This document shows, piece after piece, positions 23,779 through 36,466 of a stretch of 64,000 nt of DNA. This DNA comes from Podarcis pityusensis (taxonomy: Eukaryota), in the NCBI GenBank assembly GCA_964106645.2, contig OZ067040.1; one strand, written 5' to 3'. Position numbers and translations under genes: made by a program. The notes below the pieces were generated by a model. The model saw only the letters and a program-made list of their open reading frames with translations, searched no databases and was not told the DNA's origin. Within the stretch, counting starts at the first letter, position 1. Every line of letters begins with the position of its first letter.

Positions 23779-24598
23779 TATATGGGATATATGGAATTAA
23801 GACCATCGAAAGCTCTTTCTAGAGATTCATTATAATGATAATGAACACATGTAAATTTGGGGGGGGGGGACATGCTGACAAGATGCTATCCCCCCCACCC
23901 CCCACAATCATTAGCCTTAAGATGAATGAACAGCTGCACAAGTGGAACTCAGCAGTCTCATTCCAACCATACATCTAAAGCATGGCTTTCCTCCCTGGGG
24001 GAACAATGTATTAAGGGTGCTGGAAACTGTAGCTGTGTTAGGGGCAAACTACAGTTCCCAGGATTCTTTGCAGGAAGACATCTACTTAAAGCTATGGTGT
24101 TGGCCTACATTGACATAAAACCTGCACAGCTACTTTTATTGATGGACACCAAGCACTGCATGCCACTGATTGCCTTGCTGGTCAAACATTCATGATCCAT
24201 TATTAATTTCAGGATGAAAACAAAGGCCTGTGACAGCAAAACAAACAGCAGCTGCAGGCAGAGTTGCAATGTAATGCCATGCTTTGGATCTGTCAGTATA
24301 TGGTCTTAATGTGAACACCATGTCCCGTAATAACTGCATCCCCAAATATAGACACCAGAGATATTACTCCAGCAAGCAATTTGGGGGCCTGGCCATAGCA
24401 TCACAAATGAAAAACACATTACATATCTTAAGGGGTCAAGAGAAACAGTTTCTCCTCAACCAGGCATTTGGCTGATTTACATTCTATTATTTTTAAAATG
24501 TGTTTGTGAGAGTGGGGTTATTGGTTTGTTCTAGTTTCTGTTTCATTGTGTAATTTGTATTCTCATTTTGTATTTATCTCTTGTGAACTGCCCAAGGT

Positions 24599-24728
24599 NN
24601 NNNNNNNNNNNNNNNNNNNNNNNNNNNNNNNNNNNNNNNNNNNNNNNNNNNNNNNNNNNNNNNNNNNNNNNNNNNNNNNNNNNNNNNNNNNNNNNNNNNN
24701 NNNNNNNNNNNNNNNNNNNNNNNNNNNN
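24599..24728. other. Assembly gap (130 N)
   Basis: Run of N. Confidence 1.
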
Positions 24729-25086
24729 CTTATTCCCAATGGACACCTAGTCACAGATAATGGCATTTGCAGCTGCTACCCATTAGGTTCCACTGTCCCC
24801 AGTCAGCCATCCAAGATGCACTGAGGCATGTATGGCCACCAATGGCATGCAGACCACAACTAAAACCTACAACAATAGCAGTGACAAGCTGAAAAGCAGC
24901 TCTTCCTGTGGATCATTGCCATCGTTTTTTCCCTCTCAAGGCATTAGTACCTTGAATGTGACATGGAAAAAGCTGCACCTGCTCTCTGCCTCCCCACCCC
25001 ACCCCACTCTGGTCTTTCATGCAGGTTTCAAAGGTATGGCTGGTCTCTTTATGCAAAGCTAATGTATGTGTTTCATCATTGTGTGT

Positions 25087-25351
25087 GCTTGTTTTCTCCT
25101 GCTCTGGAGGGTAGGACTCAAACCAATGGCTTCAAGTTAAAAGAGAGGAGAATCCACTAAACATAAGGAAAATCTTTCTGACAGTGGAACCGTCTCCCTC
25201 AGGAGGTTGTGGACTCTCTTTCCTTGGAGGTTTTTAAGCAGAGGTTGGATGGCCATCTGTCTTGGATGCTTCAGCTGAGATTCCTGAATTGCAAGGGGCT
25301 GGACTAGATGACCCTTGGAGCCCCTTCCAGCTCTATGAGTCTATGATTCTA
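25087..25351 (+). mobile_element. CR1 LINE 3' end
   Basis: Parallel to 10018-10262 (gcttgttttctcctgctctggag...ggaggtttttaagcagaggttggatggcc). Ends in the CR1 octamer-type tail ctctatgagtctatgattct. Confidence 0.88.
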
Positions 25352-26182
25352 AGTGGCAGTGCATCCAAGAGGAAGCTACACAATGGCACAATGGCACGTG
25401 TTCTGCCATATAATGGAAAGTAGCAATCACTGTCATTAGGGATGACCTGCTCAAGTCTTTCGCTTCCTTTCAAGAATAAACTTATTAGCCACTCAATCAA
25501 TTAAAACACCCAGGTATAATTTGGAAGTCACCATATGGGGTAATATCCGAATTACACTTAACTTGCAAGTCCCCTTTATTTCAGTGTGTGTCCTTTTGTC
25601 TTCAGTGAAGAAAAATATTCCGTGCATAATCTTCTTTCAAAATATCCTTAAAAAGCCTCATACACTGTAGATTTCAAGGTAGTGTGTTGGTACCATTAAA
25701 AATATAATCTCAGTGTTTTAAGGGATTTTCGCAGAATAAAGCAGCTTACAAACTGAATTAAATAAAACCTCCCCACTACTAATCCTTATTAGTTGACCAC
25801 TTGCTGTTCCGATTTATATAAAAAAAGAGACAGGCAGCAGACAGAATACTCAGCAGATCTCAGAAACTGTAGTTGATGTAGTCCCTGAAGAACCGAGGCT
25901 GCAATCCTGCTGCATTCATTTACTGGGAGCAGATGCCATTAAACTCTGACTTCCAAGCACACAGGTTGAGGACTGCATGAGAACAGGCACTATCATACTT
26001 GTGTCAACAACAACAAATTTATTAAATTTGTGAGGTCCATGCCTTTACACAAAATACCATAAAACATTATTAAAAGATAAACAAAAAGATTATAAAAGTA
26101 AGCTAAAATTCATGCCATGCTGTCCCAGCAAGGAAACTACCCAATAAACCCCACCATTCAGGGAAGAAGATACAACAACAGG

Positions 26183-26917
26183 TTAGGAGAGCAATGGGAG
26201 GGACCTCACCGTTTCATCCAGGAACCATACCCTAGTTTTCATAGCCTTCACCACAAAGACCGCTACCACGTGAGAAATCCGTGGATCAGCGTCCACCAGT
26301 AAAAACTTTACTTGGTCCTCAGAGTTGACTATTGATTTGGGAATAGTTTGTAACATCGCATCCCTGAAGGCCGAATAGATGGGACAATACAACATGTAAT
26401 GTATGAGATCCTCTTTGGTTCTCATATAACAAGGACATATCCGCTGCTCTACTGGGATTTTTGCATATCTGCCTGACAGATAGGCCGTAGGAATGGTTTG
26501 AAAACGGGCCATAGTAAAGGCTCTCCGAAGAGTGGGATTGGTGATATTCGCCAAGTAATTGGCGCAGATTTTGACTGCTTTCAGTCGGGGAAACCAGTGG
26601 GAGGACCCTGGGATCTGTATTTTTGTGGTATCTAACAGAGCGTCTCTCTCCAGGATCCATTTCCGGAGTTTGTCCGGGCTCCACCGTTTGAGGATATTAA
26701 ACTCCGGTAGGGTGTATCTAACCAGGATCTCAGATAAGTTTTGGCGCCAAGTGGTGTTCTTTTGGAAAGATACAAAGGCTTGTTTGGCCAATAAGGTGTC
26801 TGAAGTGTTTGCAAGGTTGATGTAAAATCGTAGGAATCTTAAGTGGGCCCTGGCAGACACAGAGGGTAAACCAACCTCCACCCTCAAGAAAGCTGCTGGG
26901 GTTCCTTGAGGAAGGCC
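26183..26917 (-). CDS. C-terminal part of the same LINE ORF, with CCHC knuckle
   Basis: GLPQGTPAAFLRVEVGL...RICPC...EDLIHYMLYCPIY. It is the natural continuation of LEILQNY at the end of the plus-strand RT segment. Confidence 0.85.
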   Translation of the reverse strand, partial: GLPQGTPAAFLRVEVGLPSVSARAHLRFLRFYINLANTSDTLLAKQAFVSFQKNTTWRQNLSEILVRYTLPEFNILKRWSPDKLRKWILERDALLDTTKIQIPGSSHWFPRLKAVKICANYLANITNPTLRRAFTMARFQTIPTAYLSGRYAKIPVEQRICPCYMRTKEDLIHYMLYCPIYSAFRDAMLQTIPKSIVNSEDQVKFLLVDADPRISHVVAVFVVKAMKTRVWFLDETVRSLPLLS

Positions 26918-26927
26918 TCCAGATTTA

Positions 26928-28617
26928 TTGGTTCTGAGAGACCAGTGTCCTTTACCTAACTTTGATCCTTTTTCACTATATCAGCGGGTCTCAGAGTCCC
27001 TTTTCCCATTTCTTATAAACACCAGGCCTCCCAAACAACATAACAAATCGGGGGTCTGGTTTGACAAAGACTGCCGGAAGCTAAGATCCCTGCTTAGGAA
27101 ACAACAAAATAAGGTAAAACAGGAGAGGACTTTGTCATCTATGGTAAATTTCCACAGATGGCGCTCTCACTATAAAAACACCTTAAAACTCAAGAAATCC
27201 CTTTACAGGAAGGAACAATGGGAGGCACTTGATAAGGCGATTAAATCGCGAGACGATAGAAAATTCTGGGCAATAGTAGCACAGGGAGTCTCATCCAAAG
27301 GAAAAATTGTAAACAGCAGTATTCCATCCGATGTGTGGTATCAACACTTTCTCAAGCTATACACACTCTCAAATACTGCTAATTTGAGTCCGTTCCTCCC
27401 ATTGAAGAATGAGCATCTAGCTAGTTGGGATCCTGTTACGGAATCAGAGTGCCTACAGCTAATTAAAACTTTAAAAAATGGCAAAGCTCCTGGTGAGGAC
27501 ATGATCCCCCCTGAGGTTTTTAAATCAAATGCCCAATGGTGGGCCATCTTTTTGGCCAAACTTTTTACGGCAATAAACAACACATGTAAAATCCCAGCAA
27601 ACTGGAAACTAAGTGTGGTAGTCCCTATCTATAAGAAGGGAGACATTCAAGATCCAGCAAACTACCGCCCTATAAGCCTTCTGGACATCGCATACAAACT
27701 TTATACCCGGTACTTATTAAACAAGCTGGTAGATTGGGCGGACCATTCTAACCTGTTCAACCAGGAACAGGCAGGATTTAGAAAGGGCCACAATACGATA
27801 GGTCACTGCATGGTACTACAGACCCTGGTAGCTAAATATACAAAAGCGTATAAGAGCAGACTCTTTGTGGCCTTCGTTGACTTGACATCTGCCTTCGACT
27901 CAATCTGTAGAGATAGACTATGGAAAAAATTATATGAAACGGACATTGACAGACGACTTTTAAAAATTCTCAGAGAGTTACATACAGACATTACAGTCAA
28001 AATCAGAACTGGGTCATCGGGAACTCTTACGGACCCACTGCCATTGGGGAAAGGGGTCAAACAGGGATGCCTGCTAGCCCCATTTCTTTTTAACTTTTAT
28101 ATAAATGACATTGTTCAGTACATGGCAAAGTACAAGTCATCGGCTCCAGCCCTTGAAGGTAAACGCCTGAATATTTTGCTATATGCCGATGACATGGTTT
28201 TAATGGCACTCACCCGAAGAGGCTTACGCAGCATGCTGGAGGGGATCGCAGCCTACTGTTCCCATAATTCACTAAAGATAAACCATGACAAAACAAAAAT
28301 TGTGGTGTTCACTAGAGCTCGCCACACCTTTAGATGGTCTTTAGATGAACATGTGATTGAACAGTGCCCTTTTTTTAAATATCTGGGTGTTACATTCCAG
28401 GCTACATCTAGCTGGCTAGCCCACTTTAAGGCTGTAACCATCCTAACACGAAGAACAATTGGTGTTTTGCTTAGTTTCTTCCATACCAGGGGAGGACAAT
28501 TGGTGATCCCGGCATTAAGAGCTTTTGTTGGGAAAGCTATTCCCCAGATGTTATATGGGATAGAACTCTGGGGGTGGAACCAGAGGCTGTTGGAACGGCT
28601 TGAAATTTTGCAAAACT
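26928..28617 (+). CDS. Reverse transcriptase domain of the LINE (inverted segment, uninterrupted)
   Basis: KAPGED, YRPISLL, QAGFR, FVDLTSAFD, GVKQGC, LLYADD and FKYLG. The ORF reads on into the TSD. Confidence 0.92.
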
Positions 28618-29425
28618 ACTATCATACTTGTGGGTTTTAATCAATCACAGGCGGGGCCCGGTTATAACTCTGCCAACAGTTCAAATGCTTCTAGCTATGC
28701 CCTCAAACACACTTAGACTGAAATCATGTGTACTCAAAAGTAGGTCCTATTGAATTCAGTGGGGTTTACTTCAGTCCTAGGTAGGTGAGGTTAGGATTGC
28801 AGCCTCACTTCTTCTTTCTATCTAAAGTTGACTGAAAGTGGAGCAGATATACATGTATAGCCTAGTTTTGACACAGGGCCTTCATCCCATCTTGTGGTTT
28901 TCTTTGACGACAGACAATTATGTGCAAAGAGAAAAGAAGAAGAAGAAAGCCCATGAATGAAGGCTAGGCTGCAGACAGGGCCTTCCACTAAAATCACCAC
29001 CACCTCCTGTACTCAATATTACATTTGCTTGTGTTAACAAGGCTTTTGAGAAAGAAACAGTTCACGTTTGCTTAATCTACTTAGGAAATGGAATGAAGAG
29101 AGCCTTCTTCTCACAGGTAATATGTTGAGGCATTTGCAGCCCTCAGCTAGGAACGCAACTGGAAGAACTGCCTGACATAGAGGTACATACACTGCAGCTG
29201 TTGGTTGAACGCACTCAACAAACTCCCCATAAGGTTCCCATCTCACCAGCCCAACATGCAGAGCTGGGCACAGGAGAGGAGGGATAATGCAGTGCTTCTT
29301 ACCCAGCCAACAAAACATCTATTGGGTTGCTTTAGTTCTAACTCCCTGCAGAAACAATTCCTCAGTAGCAAGGGATAGTTCTTTTAAGCAGGTGAGCAAA
29401 TAGACCCACCTGATTAAAACAGGAA

Positions 29426-29615
29426 GGGAGGGGCTGTAGTTCAGAGGTGAAACATATTCTCTGCATGCAAAATATCCAGGTTCAAACCCCCACCCCAAGA
29501 ATCTCCAGGTAAGGGCAAGAAAAGACCTTATTAGAAACACTGGAGAGATGCTGCCAGTCAGTGCTGCCAGTACTGAGCTAGATGATGCAAGGGTGGCATA
29601 AAGAAGCTTCCTATG
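29426..29615 (+). mobile_element. tRNA-derived squamate SINE (Squam3-like)
   Basis: gggctgtagttcagaggt (A box), ggttcaaaccc (B box) and the core ctgccagtcagtg...actgagctagatg. Confidence 0.7.
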
Positions 29616-32351
29616 AAATACACACACTACCTCTGTTTTAGTTTTTCGAAAGCAAATTTGTGTCATTTTCAGGGGAATCTGATACAGAACCTGAGACCCC
29701 TGACTGTCCATTACTCCTACTACTAAAACTATTGTTGTACCTTGGCAAAGAAAAGGGGAGAGGTAAAACTCAATACCCGTGTTTTCTCCCCGTCCCTTTA
29801 TATTATCAGTATGGACAATGGGAAATCAATTAAAAAGAAGCTGTGGTGGGAGGTATTATAATTCTGTACATCTTTCCTCCCCCAGCCCTGGCCCTCAGCT
29901 GAGGAACAGCAAGCCATGGATAATATGCTGCTGCTACAGAATCCTGGCTAAACGGAGAAAGATATGAAGACTGATCTTGTTTAGATAAGAGCCCCACTGG
30001 GAAATAAATTGTTTGAGTATATCTCAAAATCTCGTGACAGGTGTTATTAATGTATTGAGAGACAGTCCAGTGGCTAGGAATGCAAGAAGCTTTTTAGCAT
30101 ATGGAATTACCTGCAGACACAATAGAGGATTGCAAAGCTACATCTTTCACTGCCTGCTTATGAAAACCTTGAGTTAGTTTGTTCGCCTGTTAGTCCATTA
30201 CCTTCAGTTTCGGTGAAGGGGTGGGGGTGGGGTGGGTGAGAGAGACCAAGCAATCTGAGGTTAAAGAGAATGTCACATTAAAAATCAGCAAGTTGACATC
30301 ACTATTCTGAAATGCTTCAGAAGTAGCTAAAGCCTGCAGATATTTGTAAAGGAGAAAAAAAATGTGATTGAACCTGTGAAAATCCCTGGGGTTATTTGTA
30401 GGTGACGATTGGATTTTTCTCACCCCTCTATCAAATATCTTAACCAAATAATAATAAAAAAGAGGGATATGTCTATATGGTTGACTCTCAAGGATTACAT
30501 TCAGTGAGGCAGAAATAGACATATAGAGTCTGTTGCTGTGGAATAAATAAATGTGCTGCTGCTCATCCTTCGCCCAAGAGGGCTATATTTATTATAAAAT
30601 GCCCAAGAGTTTCCCATTAACGTATTTTTTATTGGTTTTAGCAATCTTCTCCTAGCTTCAAAAGCTTTCCATATAAGCACCATAAAATCGTTTTCAATTT
30701 TGTAGGATCTCTATACTCTTCCAAAACAATTTTATCTGTTAACATCCACAGGAGGTTAGTAAGCATTTTTCAAGATGAGACACATCACTGGAAATAAATC
30801 TGCAAATGAACAAATACACCCAAACTCCAGAAAATCAAGGACGCTATGTTCACACATATAACCCCAAAATCACATTTGTTAACCTCAAAATCACATTTAT
30901 CACCACCAAATCGGATATATGATAAACATTCAACAGAGGATTCATTCTCTCATACTTGATAGAGAAGAAAGGTCGGTGTAGCAATAGCGAAAGTTAAAAT
31001 TTTATTTCTACCTTAGCAATTTACATGATCATGGTAATTGTTTATATAGCCCAACTTCATTCTTTATCATTACTCAGTGATACCTGAAGGCAGCTTTCAC
31101 CTAAACACCCAGTGCCCCCCCCCCCCTTTGGACCAGGCCAGACACTATCTGTGCAAATTTACTGCCATTAAAGCAAGATTAGCTAGTGTGTGCCCTGCCA
31201 AATGGTGCTTCCAGCATTCCAAACCATAACAACATCTGAACACTACAGTTTTCTCATTCTTGCACTAAAGAAATTACCTCTTAGCTCTCTGAATATTAAG
31301 GAAGTTTCCCTGAGATATTTCCCAAAACCATGAGAGTTTAACCTATGATTTTAACAATTAGAAACATAATATAAAATATTATTTATATACTGCTTAATGC
31401 CCAAATAGCTTCTAAGCAGCTTACAAAACATGAAAACCAATTGCACAGTGCTAAGGACAGGATAATTAAAAAATACACCATAATTAAAATACACAATACA
31501 ACAATTGCATGAAAACATTTAAATATGATGTTCATTACTAAAATATACAATAAAAAAATCCAAGCACAACAATTAAAACAGGAAACATGAGATCAAGGGG
31601 ATGCCTTTGGTAAAGAGGTGCATCTTTAACAACAAGTAGAATGCCACTACAAAGATGAATTCCCACATGTGTTCTAAAGCAGTATAGTCTCATGAAGACT
31701 TCATCTGCTCTATTCATGAATGTCTAAATCAGTTTCATACAACACAGGAACCAAATGCTTAGTGAATTTCTCAAAATAGCAGCCACATTCCACCCAGATG
31801 GGGTGTTTCAAAATCATAAGACTTAATGTCCCTGCCTTTTCCATTGCTATCTCACAGAGGAATCCTGAAAAGCCATTCTCCAAAATAATCCTATTTATTT
31901 CACTGGGATTACTTCAGGGTAAGCAAACCAAAGAACACAGCCTAAATCTGTAAAATTGCATATCTGACAAACTACACAACTGTGAGATGTTCTGCTAAAA
32001 ATAGTATTCATTTTGTGCGTTTGGCCTCGTACCATCTGACACATCTTCATAAATGGAAGATGATGAACAGCTCAGAACAGCTGTAAGCTAACCTACATTT
32101 ACTTACAGTGCTGTTTTTAAAAGGGGGGGGGGATACATTTTGCTTATGTACATCTGTTCAGAGGATAGGGAACGAATTACCAGCTCACCATTCAAGTTAC
32201 ATCTGACCAACCTTTCCTTTTCACATGCCAGTGATTGGTAATAAAAGCACATGGGATTCCAGTTACAAATATATGACAGAAATCGTGACAATATACAAAA
32301 GAAGACAGGGCCCTGTAACTTTGCTGTATGCAAGAGAAAATTTCAGCATGA

Positions 32352-32488
32352 CAGACCCTCCAAGTGTCCATATTTTCTAGGGACATCCCTGATTTAGAAA
32401 AGCCATCCTGGTTTTTTATTTGATCCTGCAATGTCCCGCTTTTACTTAGGAGGTCCCTATTTTCATTGGATAAACGTTGGAGGGTGTT
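32352..32488. mobile_element. Short MITE (hAT-like)
   Basis: Terminal accctccaa / ttggagggt inverted repeat with internal gggaca/tgtccc motifs. The TSD is unclear. Confidence 0.55.
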
Positions 32489-33310
32489 AAACATGTCTGG
32501 AAGCCTACAGAGAGTAAAGCAGCATGGTGCAAAGGCTGGAAGTGGGGAAGTGGTGGCCAAGGCCAGGGTTAAGCATGCTCACTACAAACTGTTCCCACCT
32601 ATAGCTACTACTAACAATAGAAGAAGCATTCATCAGGGTTTTATTACATATGTTTGCATTCACTGTCTAGCTGAGCTCTTAGATTCCAAGGATTTTCACA
32701 GCAGCAGAAGTGTGTGGATGAAACTTTATCTTTTAACTGAAAGGCAAGGTGAATTATGTAACTGCTCTGTTCCTTGGAGAAGTTTTACCAAAGCAGATAC
32801 TGGCACTTTGTCTTTTACAGACAAACTTTACGCTTGGCTTCAATAGTTCAGTTGCTTCCAGAGATCAGATAAGTTGCCAACCATCACCCACAGCACACCC
32901 CTTGTGGCCTATAAAAAGTTATAGAACTACTATTATCATTGTAGCTCCCATCTCGAGCCCTTCTAGATAAAATGTTTCTATGCCCCAAGATTCCTTCACA
33001 TAACTAAAAGTGTTTTGAATGAAATACTTTTAAACTCTTCCATTACCTCTCTTCTATTTTCAGTAGAAGTCAGCTTGATTCAGAACAGATACTTCACAAA
33101 GACATAAAGTTCCCATTCAAGCTACAGCGGATAGTAGTGGTGGAAAGACAACATAAACATGCCAGGGAGTGGGAATGATCCAGATAATGTTAAGGACGCT
33201 ATTGATTTTCAATAGGAAGCACATAAGTCCACCCATTGAAATAAATTGGCTTTACTATGGTTGGATTACCCACATTATTGATAACATTATAGTTCAGTGT
33301 TCTTCTAGAG

Positions 33311-33587
33311 CAGGGGTGGCTTAAATTTTTTCAACCTGGCAGCTGTATTGATGGTCAGTCACCCCCCCCCCCGAGAGAGACATGCTGGTGGTGAACATGG
33401 CCAATGGTATGTGCACACAGAGAGACATCAGACATGTAGCATGTACGTGCATTTCCCGCATGCAGATCACAAAGTGCACACTCACCACTCCTGCAGGCAC
33501 ACAATTCTCCCTCCCTCCCTCCCCTCACACACACATACACATAAGGACGCACATAGAGATCACTCTTAAAAGGTCATTGCCACCCTA
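33311..33587. mobile_element. Old hAT-like MITE
   Basis: caggggtggc ... gccaccct termini after ttctagag. The interior is CA-rich. Confidence 0.4.
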
Positions 33588-35416
33588 GAAGACTATGTTT
33601 TTTAGCTCGCAGTCTCAATGCTGAGCACCAAAACATTAGGATCAAGATGTGGGAGCTGGTGGGCTACTGTGAGCTAGATGCCCATCTTCAAAGAGCTCAT
33701 AGGAGCAACATAGCAGGTGGTCCCTCCCATTTTTATCCTTACCACTCAAGTGAACTAGTTTAGCAACTGCGTGTAACTGCCCCCTGGCAATTCTGTGAGC
33801 TTCAGCACAGCATGAGAATGTGAATCCAGGTATCGCTAGCCTGGGAGTGCATAACCTTTGGCCCTCCAGATGGTGATGGATTACATCTCCTATCTTCTCT
33901 GGTCAATGCGGGGAGAGAGAAACTGCAGAAAATGTAATAAGTACTTATTAATGGCCCTTTTTATGTCATTTCCTCTTGAGAGTTCTCTCTCTTTTAATTC
34001 AGCTGGCTGTGGTTACCATGTGAACTTAAAAATGAGCAGTCACATCATAGGCCAGCAACGAAATAAACTCTTGTAAGAAACAGGTAATGCTCATTTGGAG
34101 AAATGTGCCAATTTACACTGTGGTTAATTGAAAACCACAAAAGAGGCATACTTCCAGAGCCAGGATAAAGGTATGAGACTTCAGTCCTGCACACATAATA
34201 AGAGTAGCTCTGTTCAGAAGTTATACTCAAGCATAAGAGCAATGTGTGAGTGTGGCTGTGCCAGGTAGCCCTCTCCTCCTAGCATCATGTATGTTCCCTA
34301 GCACTGACCCCTGGCATGTGCACATGCAGCATGAACATTTGCAGCGAGGGGTGGGGCTGGTCAATGTGCATGAAAAGAACCAGTGTCTGCTAGCGACAGA
34401 TGGGAAGACATATCCCTCCTTCCTTCAGGTGAAAGCTGGCTCTGGTTCTATCCAATAGAACAGACTCTGAGAGTCATGCAATATTCTTGTCATCCAACCA
34501 AAATTAAGTACTTGGAAGTTAGACTGGTTTCAAAGTGAGAGAATTAAGTACTTGCTTACGGCTGGAATTCTAAAACAAACTTGCTAAAGCGTAAGCCTTA
34601 TTGAATGCAATGGGACTTATGACTGAGTAAAGCTGCATAGGATTGCACTGCATGTTTACTACTGAAATCAATGGGACCTACAAGGGCTTAATTGTTTTTT
34701 TATTGTGCCCCCAGGTTATTTCAACCTGAGGGTAGGAGCTTAAAATACTGCAAACCTTTTAAAATGTTAATTAATTGTTAAATGTTAATTCATTCATTTT
34801 AAAATGGAAAAAAAGGACATTTCTTTGATCTCAAAATAAAAAAATATTTGGTTCTTGGCATTTACATTTGTTTTAAAATCTCTGGAGCATGAGGTGCAAC
34901 AACAGTTCATTAAGCTTAATTATATTTACATTGGTAGGTGATGCAAAATGAAATGCATATTCCTTACCAGTTTGATTTGATATAAAACATGGTTTATAAT
35001 TATCACCTTTGAAACAAAAATGGAACGCAAATAAATTTGGCCTTATTATTTCTAAAGCTATTTCCTGAAGGATAGGAACCAATTTTGCTTTCTTAAATAA
35101 ATCAGTAGACTTAATATTTTTATTTTAAAACTTAGATGACATTTAGTCATTACTTTTGGAAGAAAACTGTCCCTTGAAAAACCTAAATTTATCTTTTGAA
35201 AGGCAGAGAAAAGTGTGCTGTATTTCAAACTCTACCCTTTTAAGAACATAAGAGTTAAGCTGGGGCATCCTCTCTTTTTATCTTATTTTTACTGAAAACG
35301 ATCAAAGGTTTTGGGAACACTGGAGAAATGCTGAGCTTCTATCCCCTTTTGCCTCCAGTTCCACAATGTAGCCTTGAACTTTTGCTCCTTTATGTCCCTA
35401 CACATGCATTAGGAAG

Positions 35417-35602
35417 AGGAACATAGGAACCTACAAAGCCAGACCGTTGGTCCAGCCAACTCAGTATTGCCTCCAATGACTGGCAGTGGCTCTCCAAGTT
35501 TCGAACAGGAGACATTCCCAGCTCTATGTGGAGATTCCAGGGATTAAGCTTGGGGTCTCTGAACATAAAGCAGATGCTCTGCCACTTAGCTATGGTCCTT
35601 CC
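35417..35602 (-). mobile_element. tRNA-derived squamate SINE (Squam3-like)
   Basis: Reverse complement of the 29426 family (ctcagtattg...tgactggcag...gctctgccacttagctatgg). Confidence 0.65.
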
Positions 35603-36234
35603 ACAATGAACACAAGACTACTTCACATCTAGTTATGTTTGAAAGACATTTTTTTGTTGTTGTTAAAAGAAAGAAGTGGCCATGGGGGAACTGATAAACC
35701 AACTAATAGAAGTTTTTCCAATAAGAGTGGTCAGCCTTATAAAACCTTTAAAGAAATTTTGTTTCAGTGCCTGACAGAAAATCTCACTTTATTTATACAG
35801 CCTGATCCTGCCCGTCCCACTTTGGCTAATGTACTGATGTGGCAGCTAAATCCATCACTGCCAAGTGAAACAATGTCGTCCTCTAGTGTACTTCACTTCC
35901 TACTGAACTGAGAAAAAGAAAACAACCTCTTGCTAAAAGGGACTTAAAAACCCAGGAAGACAATGTTTAAGGCTCAGAACTGCCACAATGAAAGGACCTG
36001 AGGAGTCCATGTAGGAAAGGCAGTTGTGGCCCAGGCCCATTTCCACTCCCACCCCACGCTCGCTAAGCAGGCATGCAGCTAAGGAACCCAGTTGGCCAAA
36101 CTTCTAAAATTATGGTACGGATGCTTGGGCATTTACATCTCTTCTCAGTTCTGTGAGGTGCTGGCTCTTAATGCTGATTCCTAGAAACTTGAAATATCTT
36201 TCTAGCCTCAACTGTAAGGGTGGGGTATAAATAA

Positions 36235-36235
<1 letters not shown>

Positions 36236-36280
<45 letters not shown>
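36236..36280. repeat. (TTA)n microsatellite
   Basis: About 15 units. Confidence 0.95.
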
Positions 36281-36466
36281 GCAGCATGGCACTTACAAGG
36301 TGCATCATGACTAGGGGATAATCTACAGCACAGTGGTGTCCTGTTGCACTCGTGTTGGGATGGAAGCCATCTCTTAGGGCTCACAGTGTCCCATCTATTG
36401 TCCATACACTTTAATTATATCACATGATAATGATTATGTCCTTGCTTCCCAGGGTAATCAATATTA

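Larger units (their letters stand above)
26004..28617 (-). mobile_element. RTE-X-like LINE, 5'-truncated, with an inverted 5' segment
   Basis: A 15-bp TSD actatcatacttgtg lies at 25989-26003 and 28618-28632. The minus-strand 3' end has AATAAA and a (TTG)n tail at ~26004-26023. The inversion junction is at ~26918. Confidence 0.9.

Noticed and set aside
24543-24824. ORFs containing X runs
   Set aside because: Artefacts of the N gap.
26183-28640. Divergent two-gene RT plus accessory system (retron- or DGR-like)
   Set aside because: The two ORFs are consecutive parts of one LINE protein split by an inversion inside a single TSD.
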